A program made the translations under genes and the position numbers. Under the pieces are notes generated by a model. That model had not been told where the DNA came from, ran no database searches, and saw nothing but the letters and a program-made list of their open reading frames with translations. A DNA stretch of 64,000 nt from Ruditapes philippinarum (taxonomy: Eukaryota), in contig NW_026859562.1 of the NCBI RefSeq assembly GCF_026571515.1, forward strand, positions 124,001-188,000, written 5' to 3'. How positions within the stretch are numbered: the first letter of the stretch is position 1; each line of letters opens with the position of its first letter. Shown piece by piece: positions 52,001-64,000 of this stretch.

Positions 52001-54719
52001 TTTGTACCTCCCCCTTTTAAAATTGATATTTTACCCGTGGAATTTGGTGTTGCGACATCTCGTACGACTAAGCAATTTTGTGACAGAAGTGAACGGTTTT
52101 GAATAAATTTCTTAAAATGGGTTAAGGGAATCAAAATAGAGTTAGTGTTTATCAATTGTGGATTATATAAGCTATGCAACGCAGTATAGTTTTTGGAATT
52201 TTTTTATTTAATTAGTGGAAAATCTCGCATGAATTTGAGGGTGATCGAAAATTCTCAATTTAGCGAGTAATGCCCCTTGTCTATATTTATATACATATTA
52301 TAAGGTTATGACTAAAATCTCATTTTAAGGTCACTATCAAGCAGTATATACCATCCAAACACTGTGTGGGCCCCCTGTGGTATTGCTGCTGTGTACGAGT
52401 CCAAAATAATTAATATTGTGCTTAACAATGTATGATAACATTTCCGTTTACACAGCCACTATTTGGACATTTTCGAACTGTTATTTCAAGTAAAATAGGG
52501 ACTTAATATGAATTTTCGACTCTGAAAACCAATACGAGGCAACGTAGTACAATATAGTCATTTGATATGGTATGTTTAAACTTGCAAAATGAAAACCATG
52601 CTGTATTGATAAGACTGGATTCCATAATGATTTATATTTGGAGAGGAGATGGTGCAAACGCTGGCATTTCATTGGTTACATTTTATAAGGTGTAAAATAA
52701 TCAATTTCACTCCCAGTTCTACTTCGCTCTCATATTTGTTTATGTGAAACTGTTAAACAAGTAATAGAAAGAGCATCGAAACACGAGGCTATCTGATTTG
52801 TACGAGGGGGCGTAGCCCCCGAGTATTAATCGGATTGCCGAGTGTTTTGATGTTCTTTCTCTTTTGTATCATAGTCAAACATAAAAACACGTCCACTTTT
52901 GTCACAATATGAAACCCCGGGAAAACGTAACCAATGAACAAGCATCTGAATATGATATTTCTGTCGCTTTTCCTTTCTCTTCCGTCACAATAAGTAAACC
53001 CCCAAAATGAGCCAATCAATGGACATGCTCTGGAGTGCGGGTAGCTAATACCTGCACCCCAGTTAACGCACTGTGCATGTATATGTATACGATTTAACTC
53101 GGACACATTTTCTACAGAAAGGTCCCTAAACTATGATACAACTGTTAATACCAATAAATTTTGAAGTATGCAGTCTATTACAAGAATATGATACCAGTAT
53201 AAGTTTAAAACATTACAAATATACATGTACATGTATATTTGCATACTTTAAACATTTGTCAAATTATAATTTATTATTTGCACTAGCTGAAAGCTATACC
53301 AATTTGATAAGGAAAATGAAAAATGATTTTAAAATTATTATATTTCTCCAATAAATACCATCGGATTAAAACCAATGACATTATTCGTTTAGCAGTTCGT
53401 GTTATAATTCATGTTAAGTGGGTTGATAAACTTACCACATATAAAGAAGTAAATTGACATAAGCCATGCTTTACTGGAATAGAAGCTCACTGCTTTTGTT
53501 GAACTCCATATTAATAAGTAGGATGAGACAGAGACAAAAAGTCCCACGACAGAAGTCCACTGAGGTCCAAAATGATCGTAGAACATTCCTGGTAAAAACC
53601 CAACGCCGAGTCCGAAATTCAGCATCGAAGATAAGAGCTCAACTGTTTAAATAATAGAGACGGTTTATTTATTTTATGTTCTAAGGAATAATCATTTAGC
53701 AAAAGAAGTGCAAAGAAGATATATCAAGCTGGCATTGATATATAATATTTTTTAGTTGTTGCAAAACAAATCTGAGTACGTTAGTGTAGAAAGCTATGGA
53801 AAATAAATACATGAAAATAATTGCCTAGTTTGATGTAGTTCATTCGTGAGAGTTATTTAAAATTTCTCATGCTTCCTGGCACCGGAATGAGTAATTTACA
53901 ATATTCAACACTTAGTTTTGAACTCAATGATCACTAAGAACAAAAATAAATATGATTACGCTGAAGTAACATTATTATAACTTGTAAATACGGAGGTATG
54001 AATGCATCTTTATGACATACATAGAACTAAATAGCATATTGTCTAATTATTCATCTGTTCAGTATATCATTCTAAAACAACATATCACACATGCAAGTGG
54101 TCATGAAATTGGTAAATTAGAAATGGCAACATATTATGTTAAACTAAAGTAAAATACATGTAAGGTTTAGTTACATGTGAGATTAGAAAGATAGATATAT
54201 CCGACTACTTAGTTTTTTTTCCATTTTTATGTGAACATTTACATTGATACCCTTTAAGTTGCTGTTGTTCGCTTGTCACAACATGTGACACCCTCGAGCG
54301 TTTTAATCTAGTCGAGATCAAAATAGATAACTAATTAAAGTAATGCAGTAATAATCATATTATTCCCATTTAGATTTGTTGATTTCCTGTTAGTTGCCGC
54401 AATGTGTCTCTATGTAGCAAGATATTTTGGTATTTTCGTTGCGCTGCTGTTTCTTGTTTATCTTAATCCTAATACCTTTTAGAACCTTTCGTTTTATATA
54501 ATATAGTTTTCTGAATATTTAATTAACATAAGTAACAAAAGGCACAGTTAAATAAATGATATGTACTATGAATACTTGCTCACCTTCCTTCTGGGTATAG
54601 TTGAACGTATCTTTGAGTGCATCTTGATAAACGCTGAACACAAATAAGGAGCCCGTTGTAAACTTTGCCGCACACCCAATTACTAGCCCTAATATTTTCA
54701 GAGCTGTTAGCTTTTTCAT
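49063..54719 (-). CDS. Major facilitator superfamily transporter, nodulin-like/Mch1-like, 3 exons, ~483 aa
   Basis: Exons 54719-54584, 53642-53436, 50171-49063, phase-consistent (an in-frame upstream ATG at 54761 is also possible). About 12 hydrophobic helices; FSVYQDALKDTFNYTQKE, GFLPGMFYDHFGP, NTNIINF...GKIVGL, GIISDYFK, EMF..NLGRNWG. Confidence 0.9.
50488..50643. repeat. 52-bp tandem repeat, 3 copies
   Basis: ATAAAATATAACCAATGAACTTTCATCGTTGAAGTCACGTGATATTCCTACA x3. Confidence 0.9.
51235..52379. mobile_element. Young foldback DNA transposon: ~500-bp near-perfect TIRs, ~140-bp spacer, 8-bp TSD (GTATTGCT)
   Basis: GTATTGCT|CACAGGGGGCCCACACAGTG ... CACTGTGTGGGCCCCCTGTG|GTATTGCT. Mirror ORFs 51435(+) and 52179(-) differ at only a few residues. 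Confidence 0.95.
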
Positions 54720-55589
54720 CTTGAACAATATTTTCCGTTTTACGAAAACGAAGATGAGCATAAATATCCCGCCTGCATTGCTTACATAGGACTGGTTTTT
54801 ACAAGGTATAACACATTTAGTGTACTAATTAATATGTTAATCGTATGACATGACAGTGTCACCACTAAATGATATCAAACTTTTAAACTGAAATATTTAT
54901 GATAGTTATCTCCTAACAATTGATAACAAATGATAACAAATGATAACACATTTAATCGAACATTCTTATCATATTATTTTGTTGTTATATATTAAACATT
55001 AAAACAAATTTAATATAAAATGTTTATTGAATAGTAGTTCTTACATTTTTATAATTATTTAGAATATTTTCCAATGTAAAATATATGCTTTTCAATCGCC
55101 ATTTTGTTTCAGTTATACCAAATAGTGTTTAAACTGATATGTTACTGGCTCATACTTGACAATGAAATCTAGCTGCTATTTAAATGTGAAGCTTTCGTGC
55201 CCTTATTTATTTGTGTTGCTTTTTTCGAACCATTTTATCGTAGAATGAATCCAAAAGTAGGTGACAGCAAACGTTTGAGTGATATATTGCATCTACATGC
55301 AGAAATGAATGCTCATTATTTCTGTCTTTATTTCTTTTTCGTCCATAATCTCACTAGTTTCAATTTCGAAACTTGTTACTGTGGTATCGTGGGCTTTGTT
55401 TCAATCATAGACAGTCTATAGAGATCTGTTTGACGTAACCAACACGACTTTTGATGAGATGAAATGCCGGACAACTTTTAAAAACTGCCACACGGTATTT
55501 GACACCTGCTTATTTAGTTAATGATTGAAGTTAATAATTGTCTTTAGTTATCAACATGCTCATAATTAATCATGACAGGGTCTTTGGAA

Positions 55590-55779
55590 TTTTTCATGTG
55601 AGGAAGCTGGTTAGCTTGCAGAACGCCGGTGGTTCTACCGTTCTACTCAGGTGCCCGTTCGAGGCTGAAATAATGCACGGAAGGGTACCCGAGGTCTTCC
55701 TCCACCGGTACATCTGGAAAGCCGCCATATGACCTATGCTGTGTTGGTGCAAAGTAAAACCGTATAACAAAAACAAACA
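55590..55779 (+). mobile_element. 5'-truncated mollusc-type SINE (conserved central domain, MetaSINE-like)
   Basis: TCATGTGAGGAAGC..GTGGTTCTAC..CAGGTGCCCG..TGAAATAATGCACGGA..GGTCTTCCTCCACC followed by an (AAAC)n tail. Family name is from memory of bivalve SINE cores, not a search. Confidence 0.65.
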
Positions 55780-56679
55780 TATGCTCATAATTAAAGATAT
55801 TAAAGATTCAAACTAAGTTTAAGCACAGATCTGGAACGTGTTAACTGTACCTTTTACTGGTTAACGTACACAGGTTCAAAGCATACATCGGAAACATTTT
55901 CCTTTTTAAAATGCAGATGCATTTCACAAGCACACACTTGTTATATGTATACCCAAGGAACGGTGTTTTATCTGAACATTTGTTACTACTTCCTCTTTGC
56001 GTTATTGTAACTATATTTTTAAAGAAGATTTAAGGGATATCTTAATTTTGTAACAACATCTATGGGGGAAAGTAAAGATAATAAAAGTAAAATAATGTAG
56101 ATAAAATAAAGAAATAAAGTAAGGCAAAGTAGAGTAAGCGAGTAATATATTGTAACTAAAACGTTAAAATTATTAAGAGTGGGACATGAATTGCAAATTT
56201 GTTTAATATTCAATTCATGTATTACGTGACAATATTAGTTATACATAATAAAAACTTAATACATGTATATGTTATTCTAAAACTAAACAAGAACAGCTAA
56301 AATATGTTCAGAATTTTGTAACGATTTTCCTTAAAAATATTACAAATTGTCTCCAATAATACAGAATCTTCTCCTATATGTCATGTAGAAAAAAAAGCTT
56401 TTAAACGTGTGAAAAATTGTCGGCGTACATTGTTATGCACTTGATTGTCTGTCCATCTGTTTTAGCAATTTCGTGTTCGGTTCGTTTCCGGTCTGTATAT
56501 TTTGAACCGGTGGAAGGAAATTGAAAGTACATGTACTCGACAGAAATGTTCTCCTTGCTCTGGTCAATGTCAAGGTCACTCATTTTGTATGAATTTCAAA
56601 ATTTTATGCTCGCTCCGTGTCTTTTTAACCAAAAGTAGGAAATTAAACTTCTTCTTAAAAAAGACGACGTGCAGAACAC

Positions 56680-57295
56680 AAATTGGGCTTCCTGTGATAG
56701 AGCTTAGAGCTTAGATATTTGACATATAGCATTGCCTAGTTGGCCTCTCCAAAACTGGAGAAACTTGGGTCAATAATGGCCCGCTCCTTAGGTCATTTAG
56801 TTCGTAAAGCCTTGTACGAGAAAACACATTTCAGTCTTTTTTGTAAAACTACAATGCCTAGAGCTTAAATATTTGTTAACCTCTACAAAATTGATAAAAA
56901 TCATTACCTTTGGTCAGTATTGGCCCAACCCGGTCACATTTTTGATATAGGCTTCTTAGGGAAAACTACTTTGAGTCTTCTTGTGATCAAACTACAATGC
57001 CCAGAGCTTAGATATTTAGCACGTAGCATTTCCTTATTGGCCATCACAAAACAAACTGATATTGATTTTCAATCATTACCTTAGGATCAATATAAGGCCC
57101 CGCCGGGAGTCACTTTACTTATAAAGACTTCTATAGAAAAAAACCATTTTAGTCTATATGTGTGAAACTACAATGCTAAGAGCTAAGCTATTAAGCGTGT
57201 GTACCTCTGCAAAACTGATATTAATCATGCCTCTGATGTCAATATTAGCCCACCCCGGGGTCATTTGATTTATATTGACTTATATAGGAAATCAA
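56680..57295 (+). repeat. Degenerate ~160-170-bp tandem units, probably an old HINE internal array
   Basis: Recurring AAACTACAATGCC.AGAGCTTA.ATATTT and ATTGGCCC..CCGG.TCA motifs, related to the array in 17723-19763. Confidence 0.6.
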
Positions 57296-57361
57296 TTTAG
57301 GTCAAATAATAAATTATGTTATATAATTACGTTTTAAAAAATATTCAAATAACTATGTTAG

Positions 57362-60300
57362 TCACTCAGAATGTCTTTCCCACCAAGACTGTATCACTGG
57401 TAATAAGAATAGTATGATTGTACCTACACCAGTTGCACCACCTATCACTTGATGCGGAATTACGTAAGACCCCGAGATGTCTCTCAAAAAACCTGGAAAT
57501 TTAAACAACAATGTATACATGTAGACTATAAACATATGAGCCGCGTCACGACAAAACCATCATAGTGCGTTTGCGACCAGCATGGATCCAGACCAGCCTG
57601 CGCATCCGCGAAGTCTGATCAGGATCCATGCTGTTCGCTATCAGTTTCTCTACTTGTTATAGGGTTTGTAAGCGAACAGCATGGATCCTGATCAGAATGC
57701 GTCTGGATCCATGCTGGTCGCAAACGCACTATGTTGGTTTTGTCATGACGCGGCTCATATTAATTTGTTGAACATGCATGTTTTGAAGAATCAAACAATT
57801 TGTTAACTGTTGAATAACATCTGAACATAAAATCCAACATTTCGTGTTTTATGAGTTTGTGCATATTATGAAATCAATGTTTGGTTTATTTGTATATTAC
57901 TATTACGATGTTTTATTCATATTGTTTGCTATTTGTTTTTGATAAATTATAGGAATAATATGACAATAACTGACATTGTAAAAATACTAAGATAAAACAT
58001 TTTTGTCTGTTAGGTTTTGAAAGGATATATACCAACTAAGTAAAATGATCCTGCCACAGAGAATCCATGTACAAGGGCCATAAATCCGAGACATGTTTGG
58101 AAATGAGCGAGTGTCAAGTAATCTATCAGCACAACAGCGAATAATGAAAAGTATACGCCGGACACAAGTCCTAATACTATAGAGTAGCATAAAAGCATAG
58201 TGTAGTTTGTATAGAATCCTAATAAACATGAGGAAAGAGAAATGACGGCGGTTGAAAAGGCGACAATGTTAGATCGTCGAACCCAACCTTTATCTGAGAT
58301 GTAGCCAATCAAAACGCGTGATAGCAAATCTATACAACTTTGTGTAGTTACTAATGTTGCAGCATCGTCAATGTCTATACCTATGTCTTTTGCATATGGT
58401 GCTATAAATATAGGTGCCACCACGGTGCCTGAACAGATCAAAGTTCCTTGTATAAGAAAAGCATAAAATACTGGATTCTTGATAAGTTTGAAGTTGTCCT
58501 TGCTACAACAAGAACTGTACCAAGCTACCATGTGTTCATCATCCGGGATACAAGCTTGTTCGTCAACTTCACGTTCAAAAATTTCTTTATGTATGTTTTC
58601 AAGTGTACTGTTATGACAGTTTGTTGCAGCCTTTCTTACACCATTAGGAACATTTATTTCCTGTGAATCATGTGAACAGCATTTTCCCTGTTGTTTCTTA
58701 GATCCGTTTGTATCAGCTAAGTCACATTGCTCAGTTTTAACTAAATGACCACAGTCGATTATAAGTTTATATTTAACCGACTCAGCGTCTTTTTCATTTG
58801 CGCTTAGTGTTTCCTGATTGTTCTCAAAAGGCTCTTTGCATGAACTAAAAGTGTCTGGTCTTCTTCCAAGCTTTCTCGTTTTCAGAAGCGGAATTGTTTT
58901 CCCTGATTCAGCGTCATATGACGTCGTTGGTCTAAATAATGCCCCACTTATACACCCATTCATCAGTATACCAGCTAAAATGAGCACACACCCTTGATAG
59001 CCATATATGGAAAGAAGTCTTGTTATGAGTGGAGCAAATATTAGACCTCCCACTGGTCCACCACTAACAGCAATGCTATTAGCCAGACTACGCCTTTTCT
59101 CAAAATAAAGGCTCACCATGGTAAGGGCGGTAGGCTGCATACATCCAGCACCAATACCTTGATAAAAAACAAATAAAATAGTTTAATAAGTAAACGTTAC
59201 AGTATGTGTAGGCAATCAAAATTTTAGGCAATTTGAGTCACATCATTTAATTCCTTTTTATTCATCAATAAAAACAAGATGATACGTTTCGAATGTTTTC
59301 ATAGAGACAAAAGAATCAGTTGATGTAAGTTTTAAGAAATTAGCACTTGTGTGTGTTTTGAGAAATCCAGAACTACTTGAATGACTGGTTGTTTAGATAA
59401 GCTTTGTTTTAAATGAAGGCTTTAAATGACCTTTTCTGTAGTTACAGTTTAATGTTTGTTTAATGTTTTGAAATTATCAGTTTATTTTTTTCATGCTGAT
59501 TTCTATTTATTCTTCATCAGTATTTAATGTCAAAATTTCAAGAAAACGTTGGTAAACAGTGTGACAATTCTGCAATGTTAAGAAAAGAAATGACAACTGT
59601 TACTATTAGAGTATGTCATATGAATATTACAAACTAAAGCACTCCAAAAATATTGCAAAAAAGTAACGCTATGCATAAGGTGATAACAATTGCCTACACT
59701 GACTGTAACACATTTTAATGGTTTAAGTTATTAGTCCAACGCAAACTTTATAACATATTTCAGTACTTTAGATGGATACGCAATACAGAATGTATTGTAG
59801 TTATAATTAGTTTTAACAAACCGTTTTAAAATTATTCTGATGCATCAATTTGAAATTATACACAAATGAAACCTTGAAGAACTCCGTGTGAAAACAGTAA
59901 CACACGAATATCTGTGGCCTGAGATGTTATGACGTAAGCAAGACAGGTGATGGTACTGCCTATAAACAGGAGCGTGCGGCAAGTCGTAAATCGTATCCCA
60001 AAAGTCATCACAATGAGAGCTGTAACAAAATATTAACACTGTAATGGACCAAATAACGACTGTTATTTATTTATAGAAACATTCCTAAATAGTAAAACAG
60101 CATTTGATATAAAGGCAATGCAAACATTTTTTTATCAAACATAACATATCAGTAGTATCAATAACTGTTTATGTTAAATGCATAATGTAAACATCACTTT
60201 CTTCTGTTCTGAATAATCTGTGAGAAACTATGAATACAACAAGAAAAATCCTCTTAAAACCATTGTTTCTAGTATACATGTGTAATAATATAGAGCCTTT

Positions 60301-61369
60301 ATTATTTAATGTTCTTTACCCATGATGCTTTGACATATATTTTGGACGGTTGACAACAATGACGTCACAGAGGAACTGGAATAAAACTTCTCTTGGAACG
60401 CAACAAACAGTATTCCAGACGACTTGACAATCCCAACAAGAAGGAACATTTCAAGAGATGCACCTGCAAAACAGTTGTAGTACAGAACGTTATTTCTGAA
60501 TTCAAATTTTGATACAAGAAAATAATTTAAAATAATCCATAAAGGTCGTGAAACAAGAAAGCATTACCGTTAAAGTCTCGGATTGATAAACGCAGGTGAT
60601 AAACGCAAACTACCACCGGCTGTTGCAGAACGCAATAATGGTTCATTCGAACAAAAGGAAACGAGCAAAACATATTGGCCTAATTTTGTGCGCCAGACTA
60701 TTATGTTTTAATGTAAAATTCGACAGTTGTTCTCACATTTCGCCTTACACTTTCCCTGGTATATGTGTATTAAAGCGCCCCTATCCATCAATGTGCTTAT
60801 AATACTAAAGGGTATACAGAAAATAATCACGTGTACATACTCCAGAAAATAATCACACATACTCTGCTATATTATCATTTCTATTTTAAATTACTGTTGT
60901 ATGAATGTACATAGAAGGATAAAACATTTAATCATTAACTATGACTTCATGCCTACTATTAAAGTCAATGTAAAATGAGCTGCGTCATGACAAAACCAAC
61001 ATAGTGCGTTTGCGACCAACATGGATCCAGACCAGCCTGCGCATCCGCGCAGTCTGATCAGGATCCATGCTGTTCACTTACAAACCCTATAACAAGTAGA
61101 GAAACTGATAGCGAACAGCATGGATCCTGATCAGACTGCGCGGATGCGCAGGCTGGTCTGGATTTATGCTGGTCGCAAACGCATTATTTTGGTTTTGTCA
61201 TGACGCGGCTCAAATGTTATTTTAATAAAGAAATAAACAATATACCTAACAATACAAACCATGCCCAGCCATGGTCTTTCGGCAGTCTTCGAGCCTTACT
61301 CTTGTATTCTACATCACCATCACCTTCTTCTTCTCCTTCTTCTACGTATAATTCTTTATTCATGTCCAT
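57362..61369 (-). CDS. Monocarboxylate transporter, SLC16/MCT family, 5 coding exons, 556 aa
   Basis: Exons 61369-61246, 60463-60320, 60019-59873, 59157-58033, 57492-57362, phase-consistent. Family motifs PKDHGWAWFV and YFEKRRSLANSIAVSG, large central loop, DLLSRVLIGYISD, GFLRDISGSY. Confidence 0.93.
57534..57760. mobile_element. Palindromic MITE (family copy 4)
   Basis: ATATGAGCCGCGTCACGACAAAACC ... GGTTTTGTCATGACGCGGCTCATAT. Confidence 0.9.
60975..61213. mobile_element. Palindromic MITE (family copy 5)
   Basis: ATGAGCTGCGTCATGACAAAACC ... GGTTTTGTCATGACGCGGCTCA. Confidence 0.9.
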
Positions 61370-64000
61370 TTTGATGACAAAATTCAAGATATGTACCTTT
61401 TCATTCTGACACTACCTTTATCATCCTCTGTAAAACATTCACAAACTTGTTTTACAACATTATGTGTAATAAAAATCACATTTTATGCTATGCATTGTTT
61501 GTAAAACATATGTAGTGTTTCTGTATTGTCATCAATGTCATTAATTCATTTTATTTACATATTTTGCAAAGAAATTTTAATTGTAATACAATGTTAACAA
61601 AGCAAATCTATAGTCTTATATATAGTCTTATCGGTTTAATGTGTTTTTGTTGTACTTCCAATTAGATATAAAACACATCTATTTGTAATTTTATAATGAA
61701 ATTTGGTGTGCAATTTATAATCATATATTTGTTTTGTTTAAACTATATTTAAAATACAACGAAACAACAGCAAATGTAAAACTTACACATCCTTTCCTGC
61801 AGTGTTTGTTAAAAAATCCTTAAAAAAATAAACAGCAAATTGTTAGTATCTAAACACATATTAACTATTTCAAATGCAATTTTACGAGAAAAGTATCCAC
61901 ATCATGAAATTTCATGAAACAGCACAGATCATATTTAATCTATTAAAAAATCTTATTTTCTTTAATTACTAGAAGATAGTATTATCCATCAATTGATATA
62001 TTTACACACACAATTTAACAATTTTCTATCAAATTAAGCTCATTATCATAATTTATCATATAAAACATGTTTAACATCATTTACAGCCATTGGGTGATAA
62101 CTACGTAGCATTTGTTTATGTCATGATTCAACAGGGTAATATCTATGCAAGGACACAGGGTACACTCTCGTACATTTAACAGTGAACGTGCGCTCGAATT
62201 AAAGTCAGGTGATCTTGAAGCATACTTTTATTGAAATTACATAACTGGATAACCTCAACGTGATCAGCTTTTCTCATTGTCACCTCGTCTTACTGTTTAA
62301 ATTTCGTTTTATGTTATAATTTGCAAGGACATCTTCGTGTACTGATTGAATATATTTTATCAATGAAAAACAAATCCTTTACTGTATGTCCATATTATAT
62401 TATACAGATCGAACACATTGCAGTGGTTTACACTACAGGAATAAATGAGAATTGGTCTACAATGAAAAGATTTTTATATAAAAAATGTTGATCTAGTTCT
62501 AAGCTATTGAGTATGAACATTTATATGAAGTAAAATATTTTGTTGTTGTTCTAGAACACTTTATTATCTTCTATAATTATATTAATATGCAATATCGGGT
62601 CATGTCTCTCATACTAACCAACGTCATGCATAATTGATTTGTTCGTAGTTTTTGTCACTTATGATACTAAATAGTATCAACATAATTATTAAGGGTATTG
62701 TATATTTGTTATTGTGAACCATTTCACTTTAAGTTTACAAAAGATCACGCACTATCCGTATTTCTTTCTTTCTTTAAGTGCACATGTATAGTGTCAGGCC
62801 TCTAGATGGTAAAAATAATATTGAAAATTACAGAAGGAAGAACAAACAAATCTACATATCAAATGGTGTCTTCTTGTGTATTTCCAGGTGAAAATTTTAT
62901 AGTACACATTTCTACATTTTTTACACAGGTTTTCAGACTTTAATCCATGCAAGACTGTTAAATACTATTCCTTCCTTGCAATTTTCACTTAATAATAATA
63001 GGAATTATTACCTTCAATGTGCATTTGAAAGTCCCTTGCAATGCTCACCGGCTAATATCTTATATTCATGCTCTCATTTTAATCATTATCTTAAAATGAG
63101 AACCGTAGTAAGGCACTGAATAGCTGACCAATAAAAGCCCTAATATGCAGTTACATGTATCTGAGATAATATGCATAGATATTCAAGTTGTTAGCCCTTG
63201 CGTTATGAAGGTCGTCTTGTACACTGTAGTCAATATTGCTGCTATGTCAACTGATATGCTTCACATTCAACGGGATAATAAATAACTTACAGGAAGCTCT
63301 TGCCTTTGTCTACACTTACCTGTTTGTTTTCTGCGTTTAAACTCTTCACCGTTAAGAAAAGCTTAAGACGCAGAAGCAACAAGACCACAAAATCGCAGGA
63401 GAAGGAAATCTACGTCAGACACCTACACAAAAGAGCGGAAGAAAATAAAAAACACATGAAGTTTAAGCGTATTTTACCAACGTTAAATCTTTATAGCTAA
63501 CAATGTTTACTTTACATGTTTGAAAAGTCTTTCAAATACAAATAGGAGTTACTGAAAAAGAAACTTTTATAGTTCAAGAACTCAAAATAGGATAGTAGCA
63601 GCAACTCATTAAACTCAGCTTCTGATCAAGTGAATAAGGTCGTGCAAGATCAACAAGGAAAGGTGGTGTTCAATGAACGCGACCCCCACACGACCCAGCA
63701 ACAATAACCAGCGGCAAGGAGCCCAGGAGGACCCAAAACAAAACGAGGACCGGACACAAGGCAGAGCACGGACAGAATAATATTCAAGACTAAAAAGAAA
63801 AAAGAATAGAGAGAAGCATAACAGATTTTGCCAAATGTCATGAGTATACATGAAATTTCTGATAGGTTCATAAACAAACATCACTATCCTTACTCACAAT
63901 GAATATATAAATTTGTAAATCTTCATTTGTAATTTCAAAAATTTGATTTGTTGTTGTTCTTGTTTTTGTTGCAGGAGAATTACGCAGCTTGTTTTTTTAA

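Noticed and set aside
51435-52179. Two near-identical ORFs on opposite strands as duplicated genes
   Set aside because: They are the two arms of the foldback transposon; non-ATG starts and no recognisable domain.
63280-64000. GC-richer stretch with short ORFs on both strands and a plus-strand acceptor near 63974
   Set aside because: Frames contain stops, show no recognisable motif and run off the window; cannot be called.

Overview
AT-rich, intron- and repeat-rich animal genomic DNA. The repeat families (Helentron-associated HINE/DTC84-like elements with internal tandem arrays, CR1-group LINEs, a mollusc-type SINE) and gene content suggest a bivalve mollusc (inference). Most entries in the ORF track are spurious because the real genes are spliced. 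I reconstructed five multi-exon genes by hand with phase-consistent GT-AG junctions: (1) mitochondrial-type methionine-R-sulfoxide reductase MsrB2 (+, 4125-22422, 5 exons, 187 aa); (2) a type I membrane receptor with C-type-lectin-like, WSC and CUB domains and a Tyr-motif tail (+, 29780-39162); (3) a coiled-coil/F-type (fucose-binding) lectin (-, 41840-43933); (4) a nodulin-like/Mch1-like MFS transporter (-, 49063-54719); (5) an SLC16/MCT transporter (-, 57362-61369). A probable 6-codon first exon of a sixth gene lies head-to-head with MsrB2. The window opens with a 120-bp satellite with a higher-order (4+4)-mer structure. The most unusual signal is a ~0.9-kb duplication in MsrB2 intron 2. One copy differs from the other almost only by TC>TT and GA>AA changes, i.e. 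one-directional, both-strand TpC deamination resembling a repeat-directed hypermutation process; an assembly artefact is not excluded. Also notable: a WSC domain apparently nested inside a C-type lectin fold, a lectin gene tightly bracketed by inverted repeats, and several nested or hairpin-headed transposons.
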